Source of the DNA: Dehalococcoidia bacterium
GTDB lineage: Bacteria > Chloroflexota > Dehalococcoidia > Plut-88900
DNA length: 64,000 nt
Reading direction: 5' to 3'
Assembly: GCA_965197645.1 (NCBI GenBank)
Contig: OZ240219.1
Span: 608,001 to 672,000 of the forward strand
The notes below the pieces were generated by a model. The model ran no database searches, was not told the DNA's origin, and worked only from the letters and a program-made list of their open reading frames with translations. A program made the position numbers and the translations under genes. Of this stretch, positions 1-10,175 are shown one piece after another. How positions within the stretch are numbered: position 1 is the first letter of the stretch; the number at the start of each line of letters is the position of its first letter.

Positions 1-1
1 G

Positions 2-820
2 ACCGCCGGCACCATGTTCCTGGTCTGGCTTGGAGAACTGATAACGGAGCGGGGCATAGGAAACGGCATCTCGATTCTCATATTCGCCGGCATCGTCTCC
101 GGGCTGCCCAGCCTGCTGGGGCAGAGCTTCCTCCAGAAGGGTAACCTGGGAGGGCTGGCGGTGTTCTTCGCCATAGCCCTGGCTACGATCTATTTCATCG
201 TGATGTTCACCGAGGCCCAGCGACGAATCCCGGTGCAGTACGGACGGAGCACCTTCCGCAGCGGGCGGATGTACCGCCAGACCGGATCAACTCACATACC
301 GCTGAGGGTCAACTCGGCGGGAATGATTCCCATTATCTTCGCCTTTTCTATAATGATCTTCCCCGGCCTGGTGGCCAGCTACTTCGTGACCAGCGATCTC
401 GGATGGCTGGCCACGGGGGCCCGGCTCGTCAGAGATTTCTTCGATACGACGGGTGCGGTCTATTGGGTCATAACCTTCCTTCTCGTAGTCGCGTTCGCAT
501 TCTTCTACGCACTGGTGGTGTTCCAGCAGCAGAACATAGCGGAAACGCTGCAGAGAAACGGTGGGTTCGTTCCCGGCATTCGGCCGGGCAAGCCCACACA
601 GGACTACGTAACCCGGGTGCTGCTGCGCATAACCTGGGGCGGGGCGTTGTTCCTGGGAATAGTGGCAGTGATGCCCTTCTTCTCCAGCGGCCTCACCGGT
701 GTCAAAGGACTGCAGCTCACCAGCACAGCCATGCTCATTGTCGTCGGCGTGGTGCTGGATACCATGAGACAGCTGGAGGCGCAGCTAACCATGCGCCGCT
801 ACGAGGGCTTCATACGTTGA
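2..820 (+). CDS. secY: Preprotein translocase SecY (C-terminal part, truncated by window start)
   Basis: WLGELITERGIGNGISILIF, RIPVQY, NSAGMIPIIFA and GGFVPGIRPG motifs; frame is open to the window edge. Confidence 0.98.
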   Translation, partial: TAGTMFLVWLGELITERGIGNGISILIFAGIVSGLPSLLGQSFLQKGNLGGLAVFFAIALATIYFIVMFTEAQRRIPVQYGRSTFRSGRMYRQTGSTHIPLRVNSAGMIPIIFAFSIMIFPGLVASYFVTSDLGWLATGARLVRDFFDTTGAVYWVITFLLVVAFAFFYALVVFQQQNIAETLQRNGGFVPGIRPGKPTQDYVTRVLLRITWGGALFLGIVAVMPFFSSGLTGVKGLQLTSTAMLIVVGVVLDTMRQLEAQLTMRRYEGFIR

Positions 821-900
821 TGAACCGATGGATATCAAAGGCGAGGGATTCGAGAGAACACCTTCCCTTTCCGGGGAGCCTGCATCGGAACCACGCCAAA

Positions 901-992
901 AGGGAGTCCAGAGGGAAACTTCCCTCTGGCAGAGGGCTAGGGGGATGTGCCCCCTGCTACAAAACCGTCCGAGGGCGGGCGGTTGGGACAAA
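901..992 (+). repeat. Palindromic intergenic repeat, module B
   Basis: Hairpins CCAGAGGG-aaactt-CCCTCTGG and GGGGG-atgtg-CCCCC; near-identical inverted copy at 28283-28374. Confidence 0.85.
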
Positions 993-1032
993 GACATCCG
1001 CCTTAACTGGATAAAATGCAAAAGGAACAGAG

Positions 1033-1692
1033 TTGTACTTGATACTGTTGGGCGCACCCGGCGCCGGTAAAGGCACCCAGGCGGATACCCTGTCCGGGGA
1101 GTTGGGCCTAGCCCACGTAGCCTCGGGCGATCTGTTCCGAGAGGCGCTGAAAAAGGGCACCCCACTGGGTCTCGAGGCGAAAGGGTACATGGACAAGGGT
1201 GAGCTGGTCCCGGACGGGCTTACCGTTAAGATGGTGCTGGAGCGATTGGAGAAGCCCGATGCCGCCGAGGGTGTCATCCTCGATGGCTTCCCCCGCACCC
1301 AGGCGCAGGCTGTGGCCCTGGACGAGGCGCTGGAGAGCAGCAACCGGGGCATCGACTCAGTGCTGTACATCAAAGTCTCCGACGAGGAGCTGGTAAAGAG
1401 GCTGAGCGGTCGCTGGATATGCAGGAGCTGCCAGACCCCCTACCACACCGTCAACTTGCCTCCCAGGACCGTGGGGGTCTGCGACCGGTGTGGCGGCGAG
1501 CTGTACCAGCGCTCCGACGACACCGAGGAGACCGTCCGGAACAGGCTTCAGGTCTTCATGGAGAACACAGCGCCCCTTATTGACTATTATGTCAATCGTA
1601 ATAAACTGGTAGAGGTTAAAGGTGAGCAGGAGATAGAGGCCGTGGGCCGGGAGATGATCGACGCCCTCAAGTCTCGAGTCCCCCAGAGCTAA
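1033..1692 (+). CDS. adk: Adenylate kinase
   Basis: GAPGAGKGTQ P-loop, LDGFPRT, Cys-containing lid; TTG start. Confidence 0.98.
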   Translation: MYLILLGAPGAGKGTQADTLSGELGLAHVASGDLFREALKKGTPLGLEAKGYMDKGELVPDGLTVKMVLERLEKPDAAEGVILDGFPRTQAQAVALDEALESSNRGIDSVLYIKVSDEELVKRLSGRWICRSCQTPYHTVNLPPRTVGVCDRCGGELYQRSDDTEETVRNRLQVFMENTAPLIDYYVNRNKLVEVKGEQEIEAVGREMIDALKSRVPQS

Positions 1693-1697
1693 GGTCA

Positions 1698-2510
1698 ATG
1701 GGCAACCTATTCAACAGAGACTCGTCGGAAGCACCGGGCAGACCTTCGGTGACCATCGAAGAAGGTATGGTGGTCAAGTCAGCCCGAGAGTTGGACGTGA
1801 TGCGTCGGGCGGGCCGGGTTGTAGCCAAGACCCTCGCACTTCTCCAGGAGAGTATAAAGGCGGGAATGACCACAGCCGACCTGGACACTATCGCCGAGGA
1901 CTCTATCCGAGGTCAGGGCGCCATACCCTCCTTCATAGGGTACCGGGGCTTTCCAGCCTCGGTGTGCGTCTCCATCAACGAAGAGATAGTCCACGGCATC
2001 CCGGGAAGCCGGGTGATAGAGAACGGCGACGTGGTTGGGATGGACGTGGGCGCCATCGTAGATGGCTATCACGGCGATGCGGCGGTAACGGTGGGAGTTG
2101 GAGATATCACCCCCGAGGCCCGGAAGCTGATCGGCACAACCCGGGACGCTCTCAACATGGGCATAGCGGCGGCCAAAGTCGGTGCCCGGCTGGGAGACGT
2201 GGGCGCCGCGGTGCAACAAACGGCCGAGGCTGGAGGCTACTCGGTAGTCCGAGAGTATGTTGGTCACGGCATCGGGCGGAGAATGCACGAAGAGCCGGCG
2301 GTGCCCAACTACGGCAAGCGGGGAAGAGGGATACTCCTGCAGCCCGGAATGGCCCTCGCCATCGAGCCGATGCTGAACATCGGCGGGTGGAAGACGAGGC
2401 TGCTGGACGACGACTGGACTGTCGTAACCGAGGACGGCAGCCTTTCCGCCCACTTCGAGCACAGCATGGCAGTTACAGAATCGGGCCCGGAGATACTGAC
2501 CCAGCTTTGA
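1698..2510 (+). CDS. map: Methionine aminopeptidase type I (start may be ATG at 1767)
   Basis: SINEEIVHGIP, GHGIG..MHEEP, AIEPM and SAHFEH motifs; canonical position after adk. Confidence 0.97.
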   Translation: MGNLFNRDSSEAPGRPSVTIEEGMVVKSARELDVMRRAGRVVAKTLALLQESIKAGMTTADLDTIAEDSIRGQGAIPSFIGYRGFPASVCVSINEEIVHGIPGSRVIENGDVVGMDVGAIVDGYHGDAAVTVGVGDITPEARKLIGTTRDALNMGIAAAKVGARLGDVGAAVQQTAEAGGYSVVREYVGHGIGRRMHEEPAVPNYGKRGRGILLQPGMALAIEPMLNIGGWKTRLLDDDWTVVTEDGSLSAHFEHSMAVTESGPEILTQL

Positions 2511-2560
2511 CGGAGGTCTCTAGCCGAGCAAAGGCGCCCAAGCCAAACAAAGGTAGTTAA

Positions 2561-2794
2561 ATGACACAGGAAAAGACGGGCAAGAAGGATACGATCGAGG
2601 TCGAGGGCACCATCGTGGAGACGTTGCCCAACGGGATGTTCCGGGTGGAGCTGGCCAACGAACACAGGGTGCTGGCCCACATATCGGGAAAGATGCGCAT
2701 CCACTTCATACGCATCCTTCTCGGGGATAAGGTGCTGGTGGAGCTCTCTCCCTACGACCTCACCCGGGGCCGTATCACCTATAGATTCAAGTAG
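2561..2794 (+). CDS. infA: Translation initiation factor IF-1
   Basis: [10 protein letters not shown]...SGKMR...[10 protein letters not shown]. Confidence 0.98.
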   Translation: MTQEKTGKKDTIEVEGTIVETLPNGMFRVELANEHRVLAHISGKMRIHFIRILLGDKVLVELSPYDLTRGRITYRFK

Positions 2795-2801
2795 GACCGC
2801 A

Positions 2802-2915
2802 ATGAAAGTCAGAGCATCAGTAAAAAAGCTTTGTGATAGGTGCAAGATAGTTCGCAGGCACGGAATAGTCCGAGTGATCTGTCAGAATCCCAAACATAAG
2901 CAGCGGCAGGGATAG
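2802..2915 (+). CDS. rpmJ: 50S ribosomal protein L36 (absent from the ORF track)
   Basis: Manual translation [37 protein letters not shown]. Confidence 0.98.
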   Translation: MKVRASVKKLCDRCKIVRRHGIVRVICQNPKHKQRQG

Positions 2916-2960
2916 TGTGTTGGCAGCGACGGGAACAGCAGGCGGGCGATAGGAGGTATC

Positions 2961-3344
2961 ATGCCTAGAGTAGCCGGCGTCGACATTTCCGGAGACAAGA
3001 AGATAGACATCGCGCTTTGTTCCATATACGGGATCGGGTCGACCATAGCCCTAAAAGTGGCGACGGACGCGGGCATCGACCCCGAATTGAAGGTGCGGGA
3101 CCTCTCCGAGGAGGAGCTCAACAAGGTCCGCGAGATCATCGATAGGGAGTTCATGGTCGAAGGCGACTTGCGCCGCCAAGTGCAGCAGAACATCAGGCGT
3201 CTCGTAGACGAGAACACCTATCGGGGCTTGCGTCATCGCCGAGGCCTGCCCGTGAGGGGTCAACGGACCAAGACCAACGCCAGGACCAAACGGGGCGCCA
3301 GAAAGACCGTCGCCGGACGCAGGCAGGTCAGAGCCAAGAAGTAG
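2961..3344 (+). CDS. rpsM: 30S ribosomal protein S13
   Basis: [29 protein letters not shown]. Confidence 0.98.
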   Translation: MPRVAGVDISGDKKIDIALCSIYGIGSTIALKVATDAGIDPELKVRDLSEEELNKVREIIDREFMVEGDLRRQVQQNIRRLVDENTYRGLRHRRGLPVRGQRTKTNARTKRGARKTVAGRRQVRAKK

Positions 3345-3373
3345 TCTGTATAACAATAATTAGAGGTTGTTTG

Positions 3374-3760
3374 ATGGCTGAGAAAAAGGGACGCAAGAAA
3401 CGAGAGAAGAAGTTCATTCCCCAAGGACGAGCTTACATACAGTCGTCCTTCAATAACACCAAGATCACCTTGACCGATCCTAACGGAAACGTCATAGCTT
3501 GGGGCAGCTCGGGAACCATGGGGTTCAGGGGTTCCCGTAAGGGGACCGCCTTCGCAGCCCAGAGGGCCGCGGAACAGACGGCTCGCAAGGGCATGGACCA
3601 CGGTCTAAGACAGGTGGAGGTGTTCGTCAAAGGGCCGGGCAGCGGCAGGGAGGCGGCTATCCGCACCCTGCAGGCATCGGGCCTCAACATAGTCAGCATA
3701 CGGGATGTAACGCCCATTCCCCACAATGGGTGCCGACCTCCCAAGAAACGCAGAATCTAG
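3374..3760 (+). CDS. rpsK: 30S ribosomal protein S11
   Basis: [30 protein letters not shown]. Confidence 0.98.
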   Translation: MAEKKGRKKREKKFIPQGRAYIQSSFNNTKITLTDPNGNVIAWGSSGTMGFRGSRKGTAFAAQRAAEQTARKGMDHGLRQVEVFVKGPGSGREAAIRTLQASGLNIVSIRDVTPIPHNGCRPPKKRRI

Positions 3761-3775
3761 CTTTCGGAGGAGAGA

Positions 3776-4402
3776 TTGGCACGTTACACAGGTCCGGTTT
3801 GCAGGCTATGCAGGCGCCAAGGAGAAAAGCTTTTCCTAAAGGGCGATAGATGCCTCACGCCCAAGTGCGCCATCGAAGGTAGGGCCGGTCCTCCGGGGCC
3901 CAGGGGCACTCGCAGGCGAAGGGTGTCCGAACGGGGCGTACAGCTTCGGGAGAAGCAGAAAGTCAAGCACATGTACGGCCTCATGGAGAAGCAGCTGTCA
4001 AGACACTTCGATCAGGCGAGGGAGATGACGGGCGTTACCGGCGATAACTTCCTCCAGATCCTGGAAAGACGGTTGGACAACGTGGTCTTCAGGCTCGGCT
4101 TCGCCAACTCCAGGCCCCAGGCCCGGCAGATAGTCAGGCACGGCCACTTGATGGTCAACAATCGTCCCACGGACATCCCCTCCTTCATCACATCGGAGGG
4201 GGACCAGGTAAGCTGGACCGAATCAGGAAAGAAGACCGAGTATTTCAAGATGGTGACCGAAGACATACGCGGCAGACCAGTCCCCGAGTGGCTGAGTCTG
4301 AACATCAACTCCATGGAAGGCCGGGTCGTAACCAAACCCTCTCGGGACCTGGTGGGCACCAGGGTCGAGGACCGGCTCATCATTGAGTACTACTCCCGCT
4401 AA
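3776..4402 (+). CDS. rpsD: 30S ribosomal protein S4
   Basis: ARYTGPVCRLCRR, LERRLDNVVFRLGF, IEYYSR. Confidence 0.98.
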   Translation: MARYTGPVCRLCRRQGEKLFLKGDRCLTPKCAIEGRAGPPGPRGTRRRRVSERGVQLREKQKVKHMYGLMEKQLSRHFDQAREMTGVTGDNFLQILERRLDNVVFRLGFANSRPQARQIVRHGHLMVNNRPTDIPSFITSEGDQVSWTESGKKTEYFKMVTEDIRGRPVPEWLSLNINSMEGRVVTKPSRDLVGTRVEDRLIIEYYSR

Positions 4403-4414
4403 GGAGGCAATGCT

Positions 4415-5467
4415 TTGGACGGCATTGTAAAACCAGCAATAGAAACCCTGGAGTCTGACGACTCCTACGGCAAGTTCAGCATCGAGCCCCTGGAGCGGGG
4501 CCTGGGCGTAACCCTGGGCAACTCCATGAGGCGAGTTCTACTGAGCTCCATCAGCGGCGCCGCCGTTACCTGGGTCAAGATAGACGGCGTTCAGCACGAA
4601 TACTCCACTATCCCCTACATCATCGAGGACGTTACCGAGTTCCTGCTCAACGTGAAGGGAGTTCGGCTCCGAAGCAACACCGAGGACCCGGGGAAGCTGG
4701 TCCTGGACGTTCAGGGACAGGGAGAGGTCTGCGCCGGTGACATCAACGCCTCGGCGGAATACGAGGTGGCCAACCCAGAGACCCATCTGGCTACGATAGA
4801 TTCGGATGACGGCCGGCTCTCGGTGGAGTTCAACGTGGAGCGGGGCCAAGGTTTCATTCCGGCCAACAACGCCAACGGCTTGCCCATAGGCGCCCTGCCC
4901 GTGGACGCTATCTTCACACCCGTTCGAAAAGTGAACTACGAGATAGAGCACGTCAGGGTCGGGCAGGCCATCGACAAGGAGCGCCTGGTGCTGGAGGTAT
5001 GGTCCGACGGTACCATCTCGCCCCTGGACGCGATCCGGGAGGCGGGAGAGGCCCTGGTGGACTATTTCTTCCTGTTCGCCAACGTGGACAAGGTGTTGGA
5101 GCAGGGCCGGGAGAAGCGGCCGTTGGCCCTCACCATCCCGCCCGACCAGTACAACATGCCCATCGAGAACATGGGGCTGTCGGCTCGCACGCTAAACTGT
5201 CTAAAGCGGGCGAACATCAACAGGGTGGGCGAGGTGCTGGAGACCAGCCAGGAGGAGCTGCTCGCCATCCGTAACTTCGGTGAGAAGTCCCTCTCAGAGC
5301 TCGACGAGGCCCTGGACGCCAAGGGCCTGTTGGCCGCTCCAAAGGCCGAGGAAGAGGCGGAACCAGAGGAGGAGCAGGACGAGACCGTATCCGAAGGCGA
5401 AGAGGAGACGGCCGAGCAGCCGGAGGAACAGGAGCAGCCCCCCCAGGAAGAAGAGGACAAGGAGTAG
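4415..5467 (+). CDS. rpoA: RNA polymerase alpha subunit with acidic C-terminal tail
   Basis: EPLERGLGVTLGNSMRRVLL, DAIFTPV, RNFGEKSL. Confidence 0.98.
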   Translation: MDGIVKPAIETLESDDSYGKFSIEPLERGLGVTLGNSMRRVLLSSISGAAVTWVKIDGVQHEYSTIPYIIEDVTEFLLNVKGVRLRSNTEDPGKLVLDVQGQGEVCAGDINASAEYEVANPETHLATIDSDDGRLSVEFNVERGQGFIPANNANGLPIGALPVDAIFTPVRKVNYEIEHVRVGQAIDKERLVLEVWSDGTISPLDAIREAGEALVDYFFLFANVDKVLEQGREKRPLALTIPPDQYNMPIENMGLSARTLNCLKRANINRVGEVLETSQEELLAIRNFGEKSLSELDEALDAKGLLAAPKAEEEAEPEEEQDETVSEGEEETAEQPEEQEQPPQEEEDKE

Positions 5468-5533
5468 GGCGGGCCAGGCGTCGGCCACACCGAGTTTCAG
5501 AGCCTATCAGGTTGAATTTCAGGCATTGGAATC

Positions 5534-5887
5534 ATGAGACACAGAAAATCCGGCAGGACCCTGGGAAGGCCAACGGGCCACAGGATAGCTATGTACCGCA
5601 ACCTGGTCACCGACCTGCTGCGCAACGGGCATCTGGCCACCACCGAGGCAAAAGCCAAGGAGGTGCGCAGCATGGCCGAGAAGATCATCACGCTGGGTAG
5701 AAAGAAGAGCCTCCACGCCCGGCGTCAGGCCCTGTCCTTCGTACCCGATAAGAAGGTGGTGTCCAAGGTCTTCAGCGAGCTATCGGAGAGGTACGCCGAG
5801 CGGCCCGGCGGATACACCCGGACCATCAAGCTGGGCCCCCGCATGGGCGATTCCGCACCGATGGTCCGCCTGGAGCTCCTGCAGTAG
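5534..5887 (+). CDS. rplQ: 50S ribosomal protein L17
   Basis: [27 protein letters not shown]. Confidence 0.98.
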   Translation: MRHRKSGRTLGRPTGHRIAMYRNLVTDLLRNGHLATTEAKAKEVRSMAEKIITLGRKKSLHARRQALSFVPDKKVVSKVFSELSERYAERPGGYTRTIKLGPRMGDSAPMVRLELLQ

Positions 5888-5919
5888 GTACAGTCCAGTA
5901 GAACTTTAACAACGTAAAT

Positions 5920-6726
5920 ATGGTTGATCGGGATGCGCGTCGGTTGGCCCTGTTGGTCGAGTACGATGGCACTCAGTACCGGGGATTCCAGCTCCAGCCC
6001 AACGGTCCCACCATTCAGGGCGAGTTGGAGACGGCCATCGAAAAGGTGACCGGCGAAACGAGACGGGTGGCAGGCGCCAGTCGCACCGACTCGGGGGTAC
6101 ACGCCGAAGGGCAGGTGGTCAGCTTTACCACCGGGTCCAACTTGTCGGCTGGTACCTTCGTCGAGGCGCTGAACTACTATCTACCCTCGGATATCGCCGT
6201 TCAGAAGGCCCTGGCGGTGCCCAGCGAATTCGATGTCCGGCGTCGAGCCGCCAGCCGGGAGTATCGATACTCGATATTGAACCGTCGTCCGCCTTCGCCC
6301 CTGAGAGGCCGCTTCCACCATCGGATCGGAGATCCGTTGGACGTGGATGCGATGAACACCGCCGCCAGGCTCTTGATAGGCGTGCGGGACTTCGCCTCCT
6401 TTACGGCGCCTCAGAGGTCCAAGGAGGGGAGCACGGTCCGACAGGTGATAGAAGCGGGAGTGACCAAGGAAGGAGAGCTTGTGCTCCTCGATATCGAAGC
6501 CAACGCTTATCTGTACCAGCAGATCCGTAGAACGGCGGGGACGCTGGTAAGTGTGGGACTGGGGAAATCAAGCATCGACCAGTTCGAGGAGTTGCTCAAA
6601 AAACCCAGTCCGGGCGCCGCAGGACCTACGCTACCGGCCAAAGGCCTGCGCCTGAAGAGGGTCAACTACCCCGATACCATAGCAGTGAAACCCGGTGCAA
6701 CCAGAGCAATCGTATCAAGAACCTAG
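5920..6726 (+). CDS. truA: tRNA pseudouridine(38-40) synthase
   Basis: YDGT.Y.GFQ.Q, SRTDSGVHAEGQV, DFASF. Confidence 0.96.
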   Translation: MVDRDARRLALLVEYDGTQYRGFQLQPNGPTIQGELETAIEKVTGETRRVAGASRTDSGVHAEGQVVSFTTGSNLSAGTFVEALNYYLPSDIAVQKALAVPSEFDVRRRAASREYRYSILNRRPPSPLRGRFHHRIGDPLDVDAMNTAARLLIGVRDFASFTAPQRSKEGSTVRQVIEAGVTKEGELVLLDIEANAYLYQQIRRTAGTLVSVGLGKSSIDQFEELLKKPSPGAAGPTLPAKGLRLKRVNYPDTIAVKPGATRAIVSRT

Positions 6727-6742
6727 CGATCGAAGACTGAAA

Positions 6743-7687
6743 ATGAGAACGAAAACATACAGTCCGAAAGCGGCCGACCTGAGGCCTCAGTGGCACGTCA
6801 TAGACGCCTCCAGCGAGCCTTTGGGACGGCTCGCGTCCCGGATCGCCCAGATCCTCAAGGGCAAGAACACGCCGCTGTACAGTCCGCACATGAACACCGG
6901 CGATTTCGTCATCGTGACCAACACCAAGCAGGTCGTGGTCACAGGGCGGAAGAAAGAGAAGAAGGTCTACTACCGGCACACCCAGTACCCGGGCGGGTTG
7001 CGGGAGACCAGCCTGGCTCGAATGTCGGAGCAGCATCCCAACCGGGTGGTTTTCAAGGCGGTCAAGGGGATGCTCCCTCACAACCGTCTCGGCCGGGCGA
7101 TGCTGCGGCGACTAAAGCTGTATTCGGATGCAGAGCATCCCCACGAGGCCCAGGTCAGCGCCAGCATCAAGGCGGCGGAGAAGGCAGAGGCCGAAGGCCC
7201 GGTCTACATCGGGCTGCCCAAACCGGTAATCCGTCGCAAACCGAAGAAGAAGAGAGCCAAAGCCCCAGCAGTCGAAGCCGCGGCCGAGACCGCTGTGGCG
7301 GTCCCTGAAGGCGAGGAGACGCCGACGGCAGAGATGGCCGCAGAAGCAGCAACCGGTGAAGTGGTCTCCGAGCCGGCGGTCGAAGAGGCCCCGGCCGAAG
7401 ATGCAGAGGCGGCTGCAGCGCCCGTCGACGAAGCTCCGGGACCCGTCGAGGAAGAGGGACAGGAATCGCCTGCGGCCGACGAAGCCCCATCTGACGCGGC
7501 AGAGCCGATGGCCGAGCCTGAGCCGGCGGAAGAACCCGCGGAAGCCGCCGTTGTGGAGCAGCCCGAAGCCACCGCGGACGAAGCTCCGGTAGCTGAAGAG
7601 CAAGCCATCGAGGAGCCTGAGCCGGAGTCGGCGGCAGAAGAACAAGAGAAAGCATCGGAGACCGAGGACAAGAAGGAGCCCGGGTAA
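6743..7687 (+). CDS. rplM: 50S ribosomal protein L13 with long acidic C-terminal extension
   Basis: WHVIDA...LGRLAS, TGDFVIV, AVKGMLP, HPHEAQ core, then about 175 aa of E/A/P-rich sequence. Confidence 0.96.
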   Translation: MRTKTYSPKAADLRPQWHVIDASSEPLGRLASRIAQILKGKNTPLYSPHMNTGDFVIVTNTKQVVVTGRKKEKKVYYRHTQYPGGLRETSLARMSEQHPNRVVFKAVKGMLPHNRLGRAMLRRLKLYSDAEHPHEAQVSASIKAAEKAEAEGPVYIGLPKPVIRRKPKKKRAKAPAVEAAAETAVAVPEGEETPTAEMAAEAATGEVVSEPAVEEAPAEDAEAAAAPVDEAPGPVEEEGQESPAADEAPSDAAEPMAEPEPAEEPAEAAVVEQPEATADEAPVAEEQAIEEPEPESAAEEQEKASETEDKKEPG

Positions 7688-7710
7688 TACTGAGCGGAGG
7701 ACGGTGATCA

Positions 7711-8112
7711 TTGACTACCACTGAGCAGCGATATTTCTACGCAACGGGAAAACGGAAAAGGGCCATCGCCAGGGTACGGTTGTTCCCGGGCAGTGGCGCC
7801 CTAGTGGTCAACGGCAAGCCTCTACAGGAGGCATTTGCGGGCACCACCCTTCAGGACATCATTCTCGAGCCTCTCCGTGTCACCCAGCTCCAGGACAACT
7901 ACAACGCCAGCATCAAGGTGTTGGGCGGCGGGTTTGCGGGCCAGGCCCACGCAATTCGCCTGGGCATAGCAAGGGCCTTGCTGGTAGCCAATGAGGAGCT
8001 GAGACCCGTTCTCAGGAAAGCGGGCCTCCTCACCCGAGATTCCCGGATCAAAGAGCGCAAGAAGTACGGCCTCAAGAGGGCTCGGAAAGCGCCTCAGTAC
8101 ACCAAGCGCTAG
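7711..8112 (+). CDS. rpsI: 30S ribosomal protein S9
   Basis: TGKRKRAIARV, LLTRD.R.KERKKYG, APQYTKR. Confidence 0.98.
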   Translation: MTTTEQRYFYATGKRKRAIARVRLFPGSGALVVNGKPLQEAFAGTTLQDIILEPLRVTQLQDNYNASIKVLGGGFAGQAHAIRLGIARALLVANEELRPVLRKAGLLTRDSRIKERKKYGLKRARKAPQYTKR

Positions 8113-8137
8113 TCAGCAGACAGTAACGACGCCTTCC

Positions 8138-8450
8138 GTCATCGCGAGCCCCGACAAAGTCGGGGTGTGGCAGTCTAGCCAGGGCGGTTAGACCCACCTC
8201 TTAAGTGGGTTAAGCTTGGTTTCAAGTGAGTTGGGCTTGTGTTGTTGGAAGGAATCCCCACCTCAGGTGGTTCTTCCCTCCCACCCGCCCCGGATCGCAT
8301 CCGGCGGCGCCCCTCCCCTAAACTGCCGACGGCAAGTCGACAGAACAAGGGGTGTGCAGGGGGGCGAACTCCTTTCGGGAGTCTGAGCGTGCTCCTCAGA
8401 AACTACCTCCTTTTGCCCATTCCTGGCCGGGAAGAGGGCCAGGGGGAACG
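8138..8450. repeat. Mosaic of palindromic repeats: A (reverse, 8138-8190), B tail (reverse, 8256-8292), C (8349-8448)
   Basis: Each module recurs at 13.9-14.2, 20.9, 25.5, 34.6 and 52.4 kb. Confidence 0.85.
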
Positions 8451-8474
8451 TCGCGTGAAAGAGATGTCCGGCGC

Positions 8475-8885
8475 TTATCGGAAATTGTTGGCCAGAGCGT
8501 TCAGGGCGGCCTGGCAGACGTCCAGGTCCTGCTGATCCGACGCCCCGGCAGCGCCTATGCCCCCAACCACCTCTCCACCTATCGTAATGGGCAGCAGACC
8601 ATCGGCCGGCACCAGCCTGCCCTGCATGCGGGTCACCATGCTCTGGAACCAGGGCTCGGAGGCAAAGGGCATCACCTCCTGGCCGGGCGCCTTGAACATA
8701 GCGGCGGTGAAGGCCATGTCCTCGGCTATTTTCAGGTTGAGAGGGCCCGAATCGTCCATGCGAGACCCCGTTATGAGAAACCCTCCGCTGTCCACCACGG
8801 CCACGCTCAGAATGCAACCCATATCTGTAGCCTTGGCCTTGGCTGCCTGGACCATCTTCTCAGCCACGTCAAGCGTAAGCGACAT
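8475..8885 (-). CDS. GlcG/HbpS family putative heme-binding protein
   Basis: SVAVVDSGG...RMD, GLLPI...VVGGIGAAGA...D. Confidence 0.85.
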   Translation of the reverse strand: MSLTLDVAEKMVQAAKAKATDMGCILSVAVVDSGGFLITGSRMDDSGPLNLKIAEDMAFTAAMFKAPGQEVMPFASEPWFQSMVTRMQGRLVPADGLLPITIGGEVVGGIGAAGASDQQDLDVCQAALNALANNFR

Positions 8886-8922
8886 GTTCTCTCCTTCTGA
8901 CACTCTGTACGACCGGCTGCTT

Positions 8923-10107
8923 CTAGTCCCTGGGAAGCCCCAGACCCCTTCTGGCTATGATTCCCCGCTGTATCTCGGAGGTTCCGCCGGCAATGGTAGC
9001 CGATACCGAAAGGAGATAGTCCTTACCGTAGATGCCGCCGGCCGGGGCGTGCTTGGAGTCCTGGTCGAGAAGGCCATAGAGGCCCAACATCGCCGTGGCG
9101 GCCCTGGCCTGCCGTTGCTGGGCCTCGGTGGCGAACAGCTTGCACATGGAGGCCTCCTGGTTGGGGACCAGCTTCTGGCCCTGCATCCAGGCTATCCGGT
9201 AGCACATGAGACGGACTATCTCGATATCGATGGCGATGTCTGCCAGCCGTGCCCGGTTCTTCATGTCCAGGCCGCCATTCCCGTTGGACTCCTTGACCAG
9301 CTGCAACAGGTCATCGAAGCCTCGCTTCATGCTTGCGGCCTGGGAAATGTATGACCGCTCGTAGTCCAGGGCCACCGCGACGTAGTACCAGCCCCTGTTC
9401 TCATCGCCGACGCGGTTCCGCTTGGGCACCCTTACGTCCTCGAAGAAGATCTCGTTGAAGTGGTGGCTGCCGGCCATGTTCACGATGGGACGCACTGAGA
9501 TACCAGGGCTCTTCATATCGACGAGCAGCAGGCTGATCCCCTTGTGCTTGGGCGCCTCGGGGTCGGTGCGAACGGCCAGCCAGCACCAGTCCATTTTGTG
9601 CCCGCCGCTGTTCCATATCTTCTGGCCGTTGACCACGTAGTCGTCGCCGTCGGAAACGGCCCGGGTCTGCAGCGACGCTAAATCCGAGCCCGATTCGGGC
9701 TCGCTGTAGCCGGTGCACCAGAACCGTTCGCCCGCTCCGATCTTCGATATGTGTTCCTTCTTCTGTTCTTCATCGCCATAGATCATCAGGGTAGGCCCGA
9801 CCCAGCTTATCCCACCTACTCCCATGTCCATGCAGGCGGAAGGCATGCGGTTGTATGCCATCTCCTCCAGGTAGACCACCTGCTCCATGATGGGCCGGTC
9901 CTGGCCGCCGTAGTCCTTGGGCCAGGAGATGGTCAGCCAGCCCTTGTTGGCCAGCTTCTTGGCCAAGCCTCGGGTGTACTCCCACCCCTCCTCGTACTCT
10001 TCACCCTCGGTCAAGAAGCCTCCGCCGTCTCCAAATTTCTCTTTCTCGATAAACTGCTTGACTTCCGTGCGAAACTTCTCTTCTTGTTTTGTGAATACGA
10101 AGTCCAT
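8923..10107 (-). CDS. Acyl-CoA dehydrogenase family protein
   Basis: WPKDYGG, GYSEPESGSDL, NGQKIW, TIAGGTSEIQR; start taken at MDFVFT. Confidence 0.95.
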   Translation of the reverse strand: MDFVFTKQEEKFRTEVKQFIEKEKFGDGGGFLTEGEEYEEGWEYTRGLAKKLANKGWLTISWPKDYGGQDRPIMEQVVYLEEMAYNRMPSACMDMGVGGISWVGPTLMIYGDEEQKKEHISKIGAGERFWCTGYSEPESGSDLASLQTRAVSDGDDYVVNGQKIWNSGGHKMDWCWLAVRTDPEAPKHKGISLLLVDMKSPGISVRPIVNMAGSHHFNEIFFEDVRVPKRNRVGDENRGWYYVAVALDYERSYISQAASMKRGFDDLLQLVKESNGNGGLDMKNRARLADIAIDIEIVRLMCYRIAWMQGQKLVPNQEASMCKLFATEAQQRQARAATAMLGLYGLLDQDSKHAPAGGIYGKDYLLSVSATIAGGTSEIQRGIIARRGLGLPRD

Positions 10108-10175
10108 ATCGAGCTTTCTCCCCCTGTTTGCTCTTGTGATGCGCTGACACTGTTGATTATACCAGACCCGCCGTA

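Noticed and set aside
828-1070. Short ORFs over intergenic repeats (also 8239-8535, 13887-14266, 20803-21187, 25396-25745, 52292-52692)
   Set aside because: They are translations of the palindromic modules (recurring LDCHAPT and GRVGGKNHL peptides) in varying frames, without RBSs.
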